Assembly: GCA_964016885.1 (NCBI GenBank) | Contig: OZ024740.1 | Coordinates: 70,556,001-70,620,000 of the forward strand | Reading direction: 5' to 3' | Length of the DNA: 64,000 bases | Source: Eledone cirrhosa | Taxonomy: Eukaryota | In this document: positions 51,396 through 64,000 of the stretch, in pieces | How the letters are laid out: each line of letters begins with the position of its first letter | Numbering within the stretch: position 1 is the stretch's first letter | The notes under the pieces: generated by a model | What the model was told of the DNA's origin: nothing | Seen by the model: only the letters and a program-made list of their open reading frames with translations | Database searches by the model: none | Program-made: the position numbers and the translations under genes

Positions 51396-51712
51396 CAGGG
51401 GTGTGCAATATATTCCATTGGCGGGCCGCTTTTGATATTTGGAACAATTATTAGGGCCATTTATATTTATTAAGCACTATTCCAAAGATTCACCATAACT
51501 TCTTTCCCTAACACGGAACTGGAAAATTATAACATACATAACCCTATCAGTGAAACCCTTTAGTATAGGTCAACTAACAAAATTGTATTACGGTTACGAA
51601 ATAAATTCTAAATAAGCCTACGAGGTAAAAATTAAAAATGTTCATCGCGGGCCACTCTGACTAGTCTGACGGACCGGATTGTGGCCCGCGGGCCACCTGT
51701 TGCACGCCTCTG
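51396..51712. mobile_element. hAT-like non-autonomous DNA transposon (MITE)
   Basis: Imperfect TIRs caggggtgtgcaa / ttgcacgcctctg and subterminal gcgggcc motifs. The 8-bp TSD is not clean. Confidence 0.62.
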
Positions 51713-52009
51713 CTTTTAATTATAGGCCAATGCCAAGTCCCCCCACCCCCACCCCCATTACCATTTATTGACTGGTTTGGATTAATGGATGAGAAGTAGA
51801 GAATTGTGTGTTAAGATGTTGGCCGAAGGAACATTTACATTATCTAGTAGCATCTCATTTGAGTGAAAACAGATTTCTTCTGTTAACACAAAATAAATCT
51901 ATTATAAATATATACTCTGCAGTTACACGCGTGTAATATACATTGAGACCTCTTTGGATCATACATCATACACCCACACCATCACGTGCGCATACATATA
52001 TATATGTGC

Positions 52010-52040
<31 letters not shown>

Positions 52041-52063
52041 TGCGGAGGCGTTTGTCTGTGCGC

Positions 52064-52105
<42 letters not shown>

Positions 52106-52135
52106 ATGTGTGTGCGGAGGCGTTTGTCTGTGCGC

Positions 52136-52183
<48 letters not shown>

Positions 52184-52833
52184 ATATGTATGTATGTATA
52201 AACCCACATTTGTAAAACATTCCAAAAATTCTCCTTTTGTATTTCCTAGAATGTACATACGCACATATTACTTACACATACATATACATAAGGTAAACAT
52301 GCTCGTGCACTAAAGAGGCATACGCACCCATTACATACACACCATACATACACACCAACTCATATGTAACTCACATACTAACAAATCCCTGGAACCGTCT
52401 TAACTATAAAAGAATATAAGGCCTCACCATTATTTTGTTAGTGACCGGCTTGAATTCTGCGGATATGAATTTAAATAAATCTCAAAGAAAAACATGCATA
52501 TATACACGTCCGTACAAAGTTGGCAATAGACCTAAATAATATGTAAAATGTGGGCACCGTTTCAAACTGTTCATTAAGTATTTTAGTAACCAGGTTTATG
52601 TATGGGCTACAGGTAAACACATGTACATGTAGTCTACAGCATAATTATATGTAACAGAATAGAATAAAAGAGGAGATCGCCAAACGTTGTTAGTCCACCT
52701 GCCTACTGTTGTGAAATCAAATGGAAAATTGAGTATTTGAGTGATAGTAGCTACACACTGTAATATCATTTCTTATAAAATAAACACTATCAAAATCGAA
52801 GAAAGGTTTATACCATTATTAATTAGTCATTAT

Positions 52834-53014
52834 CAAAATACTTTACGACATATAATTACGGCCGTTTTCGTTTTGAGTTCAAATCCCGCCGATTTTAGCT
52901 TTGCCTTTCATCCTTACGGGGTCGATAAAATAAAGTACCAGTCATGCACCAAGGTCGATGTAATCGACTTTCACCTCCCTCAAAATGGTTGGCATTGTAC
53001 CAAACGTAGAAACG
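52834..53014 (+). mobile_element. Truncated SINE with about 19-bp TSD
   Basis: attattaattagtcattat on both sides; B box and core present. Confidence 0.8.
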
Positions 53015-53499
53015 ATTATTAATTAGTCATTATATTGAAAAACAACACCCCTGGGGGTATTGATTCGAAAGCGTTGTGTTCTGTGTTTAAATCCCGTTGA
53101 GGTCAAGTTTGCCATTCATCTTTCTAGAGTCGATAAAATAATTACAAAACAAATACTTTGATTCATTTACTCAATTAACCTTTCCCCACAAAAAGAATTT
53201 GTGTAAGAAGTTGGCGAATCAGCAGAGTTGTTAGAACGTCAGGTAGAATGTTTTCACTATTCTTTCCAGCTCTCTACTATCCTCTAAGTTCACACCCCAC
53301 CGAAGTCAATGTTGCCTTTTATCCAGTCCGCTACCGAGGGGATTCTCCATATCTCTATTATTTCCTCTCTTTTTCGCAAGAATTCAGCTGCGTTCAAACT
53401 TGGAGAGGGGTTGAGTTCGATCAGGTTTAACATGATTAAGATCCACCATATATCGTAACCATATATCAACTATTAATGTATTATTATTCCAAAATGTTA

Positions 53500-53716
53500 G
53501 GGCTGTGGATTGGCAGAATCGGTAGAGCATCGAACATGTGCTTTGCGGCATAGAGTTATGGACCTTTACGTTCTGAATTCAAAATCCCGCCGAGGATAGC
53601 TTTGCCTTTCATCCTTACGGTGTCGATAAAATAAAGTACGAGCAATGCACTGAGATCGATTTAATCGACTTTTCCATCTCCCCAAATTGCTGGCCTTGAA
53701 CCCTTAGTAGAAATCA
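53500..53716 (+). mobile_element. tRNA-derived SINE (longer variant)
   Basis: A box and core present; attattccaaaat on both sides. Confidence 0.85.
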
Positions 53717-54096
53717 TTATTCCAAAATATTAATGTCGTTATTTAAGTATTATGATAATGAGTTTAGTAGTCTACGAAACTATGAAACAGAAAAAGAGGG
53801 TTAGATAATTAAATACATAACATTCATAAGGTAAGCAAAGCTTTACCATGCTTCCTAGGAATATACGCTACAGATAACTGTGTATATCTTATCTCTCTAT
53901 TTATCAATGTATCTATCAGTATGTACGAACGTCAGTCTTTCAACTACACCAATCAGCCACCAAGACGTCAATATCTTCTACAAAACAAATAACTTAAAAT
54001 CCAATCTAAATAGCAAATATTATTGATAAAATAAAAGTTTACCCACTTGTCTAGCAATTGAACAGACGAGTTTCTTTCATCTGTAAGTAAATATAC

Positions 54097-54138
<42 letters not shown>

Positions 54139-54148
54139 AATGTATATA

Positions 54149-54208
<60 letters not shown>

Positions 54209-54561
54209 CGTGTGTGTGTGTATATATTATTTATCTATCTATCTATCTCTCTATCTCTCTCTCTCTATATATATACACTCATTACATACATATAATACAT
54301 ATGTGTGTGTGTGTGTATATTATTTATCTATCTATCTATCTCTCTCTCTCTCTATATATATATATACACTCATTACATACATGTAATACATATGTGTGTG
54401 TGTGTGTATGCATTATGTATGTACAGGCCCGTGCAGAGCTGAAAACAAAACCAAGTCAGGTGGGAAATGTAAGCCCCATTTCAAACTGTTCATTAAGTAT
54501 TTTAGTAATCAGAGGTAAACTCATAAGATTTATATATGTCTTATGAGTATATATGTATTAT

Positions 54562-54629
<68 letters not shown>

Positions 54630-54701
54630 ATAAAATACACATATAAATATATATATATATACTGGTTGTTTCTATCATTAGACTGGTCATGCTGATGTCG
54701 G

Positions 54702-54860
<159 letters not shown>

Positions 54861-55344
54861 TATGATGAAAGCACTTATAGTATAAATTCAGCGAGATTAC
54901 GTCGATTTGCTTTAAAGGAATTATAATGGCATTTCAAAAGAATAATTATAGAATCTTAGACTTTCAATTTCAATTTTTTATTATCATTCGTTTAATTTAG
55001 AAATTTTTCCTTTTATATTTATAATGTATAAAACATACCGTACGTTACAAGTACAATGGAACAGTAAAAATATGTAAAACATTCCAAAAACTCTGCATCT
55101 AATAACTGCATATACACATGTACAGATACAAAGCATATGCACATGCACACATATACAGTAACTCAAAACATACACATCCGCACATACAATGACATCCATA
55201 CTTGTATACACATGCATGCATGCAGACATACATACATATCTACCTAGTTGATGTTGTGTAAATTCCAATGAGAGAGTCTTGTAACTATGTTAGAAACCGA
55301 CCCTCTCTATTGGTAAAAATTTGTGAAATTATAAAACCAGAAGA

Positions 55345-55545
55345 ACATGCATACATACATACATCATGTATACATATATACATACATCATGCATACGTTC
55401 ATGCATACATACATACATATATACATACATATATACATACATACATACATACATGCATACATACATACATACATACATACATACATACATACATACATAC
55501 ATACATACATACATACATACATACATACATACATACATACATGCA
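55345..55545 (+). repeat. (TACA)n microsatellite
   Basis: Read directly. Confidence 0.95.
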
Positions 55546-55713
55546 TTAATTATATATTTTTAAAGAACTTTCTCTTCTATTTTTAATATTGTCACTGAAT
55601 CATGAAATTCCCTTCAAATAACTATATATATGTATGTGTTTATGTGTGTTTGCATGTGTGTGTGTTTGTGTGTGTGTGAGAGAGTGAATGAGTTTTGTTG
55701 TTTTTTCTCTTAC

Positions 55714-56263
55714 CTGGCGGCAATGATGTGGGTAAATCTCTGATCCCAACACACATTAGATCGGTACCATATCGATATCGACCTCTATCTTGCATATGTA
55801 CACGAGATCTAGTTTCGTTATAGATGTTCATATCGTTCTTGTACTGTGACATCTGTCGAAGCGAATGTGTTCTATGCCAGTACTTTCGGATCGCCGTCCA
55901 GTGAAGCCTATTCCAAGTTTCTGTGTTTGTTCCATGACCAGAGTAAGGCCCTAAATGACGTGTACCTGTGGAATTATGTAGCTGAAATCCTCTATGTTGT
56001 TGTTGCTGTTGTTGTTGGTGGTGTTGGTGTTGTCGCCTTTGGAAATAATTCTGTATGGCATGAGCATTGCTGGAAAGAGTCCTGTAGATAAAGTTGTTGT
56101 TTCCATTGATCTTCTGCACCTGCACACGGTTGCACCGGCACTGTCCTGGACATGCACCCAGGTTGTAAGCAGAAGAAGTTGCATCAATAGTAAATCCGTA
56201 TTGCAATGTCCACAATATAACGGCCACCAAAGGACGCGTGGAGAAAATCAAGGAAGAGAGCAT
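55714..56263 (-). CDS. First coding exon of a secreted or membrane leucine-rich-repeat protein (signal peptide + LRRNT-like cap)
   Basis: GCCACCATG Kozak context at 56263, hydrophobic leader, CPGQCRC...LMCVGIRDLPTSLPP, and a phase-1 donor CAG|GTAAGA at 55714/55713. Confidence 0.72.
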
Positions 56264-56572
56264 GGTGGCAATGTTGCTGTTGTTGTTCCTGTTACTAATA
56301 ATCTTCTTCTTGCTGGTGCTGTTTTAGATGATATTGATGATGGTGGTGAGAAAGAGGCGTATAAATAGAATGAAACATGCATGTATGCTAATAGTAATGC
56401 GAACCGAATCCAAACAGATTGAATGAATGGGTAGAGTAAAAAAACATAGGTCTGTTAGTCGGCAACTACGAAAGCATGCCTGTTTGTGTATATCTGTCTG
56501 CTGTGTCCGACTGACTGTCTGTACCGGCTGTGACTACTGCCTGGCCTGTCGATCTTACCAGGCCTTGTCTAG

Positions 56573-56642
<70 letters not shown>

Positions 56643-56856
56643 ATAACACCTTATCTGCTTGTCTGACTGTTTTGACTGTTTTTCCTCCCTCCCAAGGTTT
56701 TAGTTTTAGTTCTTTTATGTTTTTTTCACCAACAGTCAGGCTCACTCAGACCTCCTGCTTAGATATCTATCTATCTAATTCAAAAGAAAGTTATCTATCT
56801 AAATCAGCTGACCAGTACGTACGTACACACACACGCACGCACGCACATACACACAC

Positions 56857-56887
<31 letters not shown>

Positions 56888-58047
56888 TCTGTACGTGTAT
56901 GTGTGTGTATGTGTACAGTACATGTTGGGGCTGTTAACTTATAGGATTATAAATAACAACAAATATTTACAATGAAAGGGGTGTGGGGCAATACTGGTGA
57001 TAAAGTCAAATGTTCTATACATTGACTGAGACGCCGAGTTGACATTGACTGAAATGTTAGAGCGTCGGTATCTGCCCTGGCCTTTTACATTCAGGATACA
57101 AAGTCTTCTACGATATTGATGATAAAACTTGCTTTTTCCTTAGACAACATCGGTGGCATAAAAGAGGGAGATATGTATGCATTGACAACTGCTTGTCTTC
57201 CATAACATTTTTGTTTATCTAATCTGGCCGGCATGATGGAGAGGAATTTCTTGAACAGATCCATGGCTTAAGGATATATAAGGAAGTCACAGATTAATAT
57301 TACCATTCGACAGGGTGTGTATGTGGGTGGGTGGGGGTTTAGCTCTTTCAAAGTGATTGCTCGATCTGCTAGCAATAGCAAACAATTCTTCCTCGAAACA
57401 CGCCCTGCACGTCTTTAAAAGCCAACACATTGGATTGCGAATTCCGAAGTACACAGGTTCATGTTTTTTTTTTTTAAATTGGGATGCTAACGGCTGAAAT
57501 GTTTTTCGTCATTGGTCTACTTGATTACGACTGAGTTTGGACTAAACAAAAACAATATCAGCAATTACTTTTATTCTTCTACTAAAAATATTCCTTTAAA
57601 AAGAAACCGTTACCGAATACCGTGTCTTTGAATTTACGTACCATGTTTTTACCATGTCTTTTATTTTAACAACTACACTGAAGGTCTGCAGGATATCGTT
57701 ATATTCAAATTCTTCTTCTTAAGTTTCAAGATCTATAAGGCTGGCACCGAAACCATAGGATTCAAGAAGAAAACCACTTCTTCTCTCCTTTATTCCTGCC
57801 ATGAGTCCTGCCAGAAGCATCCGTCGCCAAATAGTCGGCTAGATCCCCAAGCGATCTGATCAACTATCACATGTCCCTGACTGCCAGACTATCCCACCAC
57901 CACTACCTACACCACCACTTTCTCCATCACCACCATCTCTACTATTACTAGCTTTACCACTTCTACCTCCACCATCACTACCACTATCACCACTACCTAC
58001 CTCTATCAACACTGTACCTATCACCAATACCTCCATCACCACCACCA

Positions 58048-60566
58048 GGTAGATCTCTGTGGGTGGTGCAAGTTTATGCACCAAACAAGAAGTCCGAATA
58101 CAGATCCTTCTTTGATGAAGTCATTGCAGCGTTAGATGTAGTTAAGACTGAGTCATACATCCCGATGGAGACTTCAATGTACAAGTTGGCACTGAACATC
58201 TAACACGGAAAGTAGTGATTGGAAGGAACGGCGACCCCAATCTAAATACGAATGGTGAGGCCTTATTTGACTTCTGTTCTTCCAATGAACTCTCTATTAT
58301 GAACACATCCTTTCAGCACAGATGCATTCATAAATATAAATGGTATAAGGGGAATCAGGAACAGAGATCAATAATAGATTTTGTTATTGTCTCTGATCTC
58401 TTCGATTCTGTGCTGGATGTTAAGAGAGGGGCTGAGCTGTCAACTGATCTAGTTATCTGTAACTTGAGACTACCTAAAGCCAAAGAAGCCCACAAAACTG
58501 GCAGGTCCAGGGGAACCTACAAGATAAAGTGGGAAATGTTAGTGGATAGGAAAGTCAAGACCCGGTATAAAGATACTATTGCATCCAAATTTAGATGTTG
58601 AGAAAAGTGGAGATTGTTCGACTCAGCAGTTTCTGCTTCAGCTGTTACATTTTGTGGGCGAAAGAAGTTTGGCGTGGCGCCGGGTGGCAGGAGGACCCCT
58701 CGATTCAAACAAGGGGTCAGATATGTCATCCGAACAAAGAAGGAGGTTCACAAAGCTTGGCTTGGAAATAAATCCTCCTTCTTGCACTTGCGGTACGAGC
58801 AGGCACGAAGAATTGCAGCAGAGACAGTAAACGCGTCCAAAGTTAAGACATGGGAGGACTTTGGAGTTAAGCTGAAATCCGACTTCAGATCAGCAAATAG
58901 AGTGTTCTGGCAAATCATCCGCCGACTTCGTAATAGCAAGTCCTCCGCCGCAACTGCTATCAAGAGCGCGTCTGGGGTTCTCCTCTGTGAGGTGGAGAGA
59001 ATATACAACAGCATCTTCTGATGTACTCGAGGTGCGTTTGGAAGCGTTGACTAATTTCTCATAGGCTGAGGTCACAAGAGCATTAAAGAGCTTTCCTGTA
59101 CGTTGGGAAAGATGAAATCCGGGCCAAGATGTTAAAAGCCTTAAATAGAGAGAGTATTCTCTGACAGACTCGTGTGTACCGCGTGGCCTCGATCTCTGGA
59201 AAGGCACCTAAGCAATGGCAATCGGGAGTGATAATCCCAATCTTCAAAAAGGGAAAAAGAAAGATAGTTCCAATTACAGAGGGATCTTCTTGTTACGCCT
59301 CCCCGCTAAAGTCTATGCTAAGTATATGGTAAAGAGATAGAGGGAGATTACCGAGTCCAAGCTAACTGATGAAAGGTGCGGTTTTCAACCCGACGCAGCA
59401 CAGCCGACCAAATATTCACACTGCAGCAGATCTTTGAGAAATCGTGGGATTATTGCGAAGATATATGCTCCTGTTTTGTAGACCTCGAAAAGGCATATGA
59501 CAGCGTTCCTCGAGACCTGCTGTTGAAGGTTCTGCAGGAGTATGGGATCGATGGTCAGCTTCTTGCTGCTCTGATGTCTTTATACGGATGCCCGAGTATT
59601 TGTGTTCGGATAAATAGTTGTTTCTACTTTTGACACAAGGCCAGGAATTACCCAGTGCATTACTGGTACTTTATTTTATCGATCTCGTGAGGATGAAAGG
59701 CAAAGTTAACCTCGGCGGGATTTGAACTCAGAATGGCAAGGGCCGTAACTATATGCGTCAAAGCATGGCGTCCGACCTTCTACCGATACTGCCAATCCCC
59801 CACCCTTTACCAGTGCTAAATCAAACCCATTCAATGTGGAAGTCGGACTCCGACAAGGGTGCGTACTGTCATCTCTCCTGTTCATTATTTACATGAACAA
59901 GATTGACATGTGCAGTCGGATTGGAAGTAGTGTCATGACTGGAAAGTGTAAAATCAGTCGGCTGTAATTTGCAGACGACATGGTGTTTCTTATCTCGATA
60001 GAAGATGATCTCTGACATGCAATTGATAGGTCTGATGCCGAGTGCTGCATGGCTGGAATGAAAATCAGTGCAGCGAAGACTGAGACACTCATCCTCTCAA
60101 GGAAGCCAGCGCAATGCAATGTACAAGTGAATGGAGTTCCACTGAAACAGGTGGAGAAGTTCAATTATCTCGGGGCCGTGTTCACGAGTGATGGAAGGCA
60201 GGAGACTGAATTAAATGCAAGAATTACAGGATCTCGGTTAGTAATGCGCCAGCTTCAGTATTCCATATACAGAAGAAGTTGGGTAGGTGTAAAGGCCAAA
60301 CTCGCTGTCTTCAATTCGGTATTCGTGCTAATCCTCACCCATGATCATGAATCTAGGGTAATGACCGAAAGTATGCGATTGCTAATACAAGCGACCGAAA
60401 TATGCGTAGCTCGAAGATCAGAGAGTCACTCCAGGTAGAGCCGATATTTCTCCAAATTGAGAGATCACAACTCCGGTCATGTCGATAGAATGTCTCAGGA
60501 AAGAAGCGCTAGGCAGATTTTACGCGCAAAACCAAGCGGCAGGAGACCCAGGGTTAGACCCTTAGC
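58048..60566 (+). mobile_element. Decayed RTE-clade LINE (APE + RT), interrupted by a SINE
   Basis: QVYAP, SIIDFVIVS, FVDLEKAYDSVPR, GLRQGCVLS, FADD, FNYLGAVF; (GAA)n tail follows. Confidence 0.88.
59616..59803 (-). mobile_element. tRNA-derived SINE nested in the RTE RT domain
   Basis: SINE consensus lies between VRINS and AKSNPF of the RTE frame. Confidence 0.9.
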
Positions 60567-60617
60567 AAGAAGAAGAAGAAGAAGAAGAAGAAGAAGAAGA
60601 AGAAGAAGAAGAAGAAG
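60567..60617 (+). repeat. (AAG)n tail of the RTE element
   Basis: Read directly. Confidence 0.9.
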
Positions 60618-61054
60618 CCAAACATGACGCACTTTGCCCATGACTAGCCTAAAACATCTCAACCACTAATTATCCTCAACCTCTGCAATCATCACTACCA
60701 CCACTAAGTCCACTACCACCACTACTACCACTACGGCATACTAATACCACTACCCAGTTTCTTACACACTACTACCTAATCTAGTCATTCATTGATTCAT
60801 TCAAACACCTTTCATATATTCTATATCCGACAACACACTACTGTCCCATCCCCCACCCCGGTATTTACCTAGATTTATACTTCCTACTCACAATATATAT
60901 ATATATATATATATTTAAAAGTTAAACAAGGTTCAATGAATACATCAAAGAATGAGTTTTACAATAGATTGGAAGCACTCAACAGAAATGTTTTCATGAG
61001 TTATTAATATTAATTCAAAATATTAACAAAATAGATATTCTTGTGATCAATTAT

Positions 61055-61119
61055 ATTTTATTATACATATTTCAGAGGTACTGAGTTAAGTTGAACAGTA
61101 CGCCCTCATCAGATAAAAT
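61055..61119 (-). ncRNA. Mirror copy of the hammerhead motif
   Basis: Reverse complement of 61226-61290. Confidence 0.82.
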
Positions 61120-61225
61120 AGGATGATGCATGACATACCCTGACATAGTAGATGGTTAAGATACAGTCATGGTAGTGACTGAATCTTAACCATCTACTAT
61201 GTCAGGGTATGTCATGCATCATCCT

Positions 61226-61290
61226 ATTTTATCTGATGAGGGCGTACTGTTCAACTTAACTCAGTACCTCTGAAATATGTATAATAAAAT
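61226..61290 (+). ncRNA. Type I hammerhead ribozyme motif
   Basis: attttat-CTGATGA-gggcgtactg(ttcaacttaact)cagtacctct-GAAA-t(atgt)a-TA-ataaaat. Confidence 0.82.
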
Positions 61291-61331
61291 ATAATTGATC
61301 ACAAGAATATCTATTTTGTTAATATTTTGAA

Positions 61332-61362
<31 letters not shown>

Positions 61363-61744
61363 AAAGGGTATGGATATTCCAACAGGCACTAGGTACCTAT
61401 AGAAATATGAATGGTGTTTATAATAGTTGTGGTTCGATGGTACTAATTTGAGATACCAGAACTATAATAATGAGCGGAGCAAGCAATTATCAAATAATCT
61501 TTTAAATAAATTAAAAAACGATTTAAATATCCCCCTGTTCTATTGCCGTTACCGACGGTTTCACTAATCAAAAGATTGGAAATCCAGAGAACTTCCAATG
61601 AAAAGAATTAGATCTTCAGACAGCTATTTCCATACTATAAGGGAACAAAACCTCACAGTAAGTCAATATTTCGCTTACTGCCCGACGCATGCAGTCAAGC
61701 CGTTGAAGTGACGCACACGCAAAAATAGGCCACAAGTAAAAGCG

Positions 61745-61937
61745 GGTTGGTGGATTGGCAGTATTGGTAGAGGTTCGGACGCCATGCTTTGCAGCAAAGA
61801 GTTACGTCCCCTTATGGTCTGAGTTCAAATCCCGCCGAGGTTAACTTTGCCTTTCATCCTTACGGGGTCGATAAAATAACGCACCAGTAATACACTGGGA
61901 TAATTGCTGGCCTTGTGCCAAATGTAGAAACAATTAT
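61745..61937 (+). mobile_element. tRNA-derived SINE
   Basis: A/B boxes and core present. Confidence 0.9.
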
Positions 61938-62581
61938 AAACTTGTCGATCATGCCGCTAAAAATAGTAGCGTGATACAACGTTTTGTTCTCTACATATAG
62001 GAGAAAAATTATAAAAGGGTATGGATATTCCAACAGGCACTAGGTACCTACAGAAATATGCATGGTGTTTATAATATATATATAAGTTATTCCGGGTTGA
62101 ATCGGAGGTAACCACAGTAAGTAACTCAATACATATATATATATACAAATACAAATATAAATTTAGCGAGAATCGCATTTCGGCGGGTAGAAATTAGCGA
62201 AACGCAACTTCTATATTGTGCAGACAAGCACTCCATGGATATGAAGAAGATACCAGAGCTATAAACATAAGTTAAAATGGTCATACACGCCGAGACGATG
62301 GTTAAGAAGCCATTAATCACCCTAGCCAAAAAAGCGAACAAGCTAAACGGGCCAAACAAAATGAGATATGATTGAAATATTTACCCGGACCCTCGGGGAA
62401 GATGGAATACTCCGAAATTGTGTTTCTGCAACACCTAAATCAATAATACTGTCTGCTTATAAAAAATAAGCTTTCGGTATAATGATCGAACAAGGCATCG
62501 CTTTCTCAACAGGTTGTTGTTCTCCTTGTGCCAGAATCTCGCAGGTTATGAAAGCACATATATATATATATATATATATGT

Positions 62582-62623
<42 letters not shown>

Positions 62624-62669
62624 ATATATATATATGTATATATATATACATATGTGTGTGTGTGTATGT

Positions 62670-62740
<71 letters not shown>

Positions 62741-63358
62741 CAATCTTTTAAGATGAGATGACTCCTTAGCCTTTGTCAAGGTAGAATTCTAGGAGAAGGA
62801 AAACTCTGATATAACACCTGCAACCCTGATGGTATCCAATGATGTTGACTTGTTCATCTTTTTGGTAAATATCGTCTTGGTTAAGAGAGTGGGACTGGCT
62901 TTGTGCAGTGCCTTTGCTCACTATAAAAGCTTCACGGCCCAGGCATTGCTTTATATCTGGAGATTTCTCTGCACTTCTCGTCACATGATACCATGGGCCC
63001 AGCACTATGTGTCAATAATTGTCACAAGTGTAGTGTATGTACCAGAGTTTTCAAATCGCTGGCTGGACTAAAAAGTCACACTGGTTCAGCGCATCGGTAG
63101 GGGCTCTCCTACATGGATATAAAGTAGTGGCCGTACTTGAAAACGAGTTGGCAGCCACCATATATATATATATAATGTATTTTCGTTGGTGTCGTAATGC
63201 GGCTGGACTGCCGATCGCTATATTTGATTTGCTAAGCTGTCTAAACGTATTGTTATTACTCTGGGGTACTATCCCCATCCGAGTGCTAAAGCTACAAACC
63301 GAATTTGCATTGGTTAGCTTGGTCGCAAACTAAAGCTTCGTTAATGCTGTACTAAAAT

Positions 63359-63434
<76 letters not shown>

Positions 63435-63687
63435 ATGTATGTATATATATATATATATATAGAAACTTAATGACAAGGAATGGTATGCCATCCGGAACCT
63501 GTTTATAGAATTCTGTCTGCCCTTGTTACTCTAAAAACATAAATAAATAAAATAAACTATAGCTTTGTAGAATTAGCTTTTAATGAATTCCCTTTTCTAT
63601 CAACCAATGACCTGCACCCATCCCACCCCCCACCCTCTCCTACCACTTGTAGAGACCTATAAATACCATATTTATTTTTTGATACCC

Positions 63688-63738
63688 AGATTCCTGATGA
63701 TTTCTAATGAATGAAACAGTTCTAGTCCTGTAGAATCT
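63688..63738 (+). ncRNA. Type I hammerhead ribozyme motif within a TA-flanked insert (63462-63754)
   Basis: agattc-CTGATGA-t-ttc(taat)gaa-t-GAAA-cag(ttctagtc)ctg-TA-gaatct. Confidence 0.82.
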
Positions 63739-63750
63739 CATCTATATTAA

Positions 63751-63787
<37 letters not shown>

Positions 63788-63788
<1 letters not shown>

Positions 63789-63980
63789 CAAAGGAATTGT
63801 GGTAAGGAACCAGATGGACCATAACGCACCAGAGTACTCAATACTTAGGGTAGTAGAGTGGGAAATAGGAAAAAGTATGACCCCGACGGCAGAGCTCAAG
63901 CCGTTTCGACGGCTATTTCTGGACCCAGAAATAGCCATCGAAACGGCTTGAGCTCTGCCGTCGGGGTCATACTTTTTCTT
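63788..63980. mobile_element. Family X copy 3: tail plus 54-bp-arm palindrome (63869-63978) in (TA)n
   Basis: Arms with one mismatch and a 2-nt loop; tail shared with the 23092 and 27948 copies. Confidence 0.8.
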
Positions 63981-64000
63981 ATATATATATATATATATAT

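Larger units (their letters stand above)
60915..61340. mobile_element. Near-perfect 165-bp-arm palindrome (61005-61340) plus about 90-bp tail inside (TA)n, probably a Penelope-like inverted end
   Basis: Arms symmetric about the loop at 61170-61175, one mismatch near the apex. Each arm carries a hammerhead. Confidence 0.82.

Noticed and set aside
52005-52175. Repeated gcggaggcgtttgtctgtgcgc unit (similar case at 54215-54405) as a CRISPR-like array
   Set aside because: Two-unit slippage duplications within microsatellites; eukaryotic context and no spacers.

Overview
Repeat-dense, AT-rich animal genomic DNA. The SINE type and microsatellite load suggest an octopus or other cephalopod; this is inference only. 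(1) 1-18060 is one nested cluster inside an (ATT)n microsatellite: three diverged, head-to-tail Tx1-clade (L1-group) non-LTR retrotransposons separated only by (ATT)9-10, then an opposite-strand, 5'-truncated R4/Dong-like element with an unbroken RT plus restriction-like endonuclease frame, flanked by (TAA)n on both sides. (2) A fourth Tx1 relative (35540-40194) sits in a different target and has lost its whole RT domain by an in-frame deletion. (3) Scattered in (TA)n tracts are short fold-back insertions made of an inverted arm, a direct arm and a single-copy tail. Several carry type I hammerhead ribozyme folds that could be paired by hand (18252, 18455, 21134, 34577, 34919, 61055/61226, 63688). 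They are most likely Penelope-like element ends. (4) There are many copies of a tRNA-derived SINE, decayed RTE, CRE and CR1-like fragments and a hAT-like MITE. (5) One host coding exon was found (56263-55714, minus strand): a signal peptide plus a split LRRNT cap. All folds and alignments were done by eye; no database search was run.
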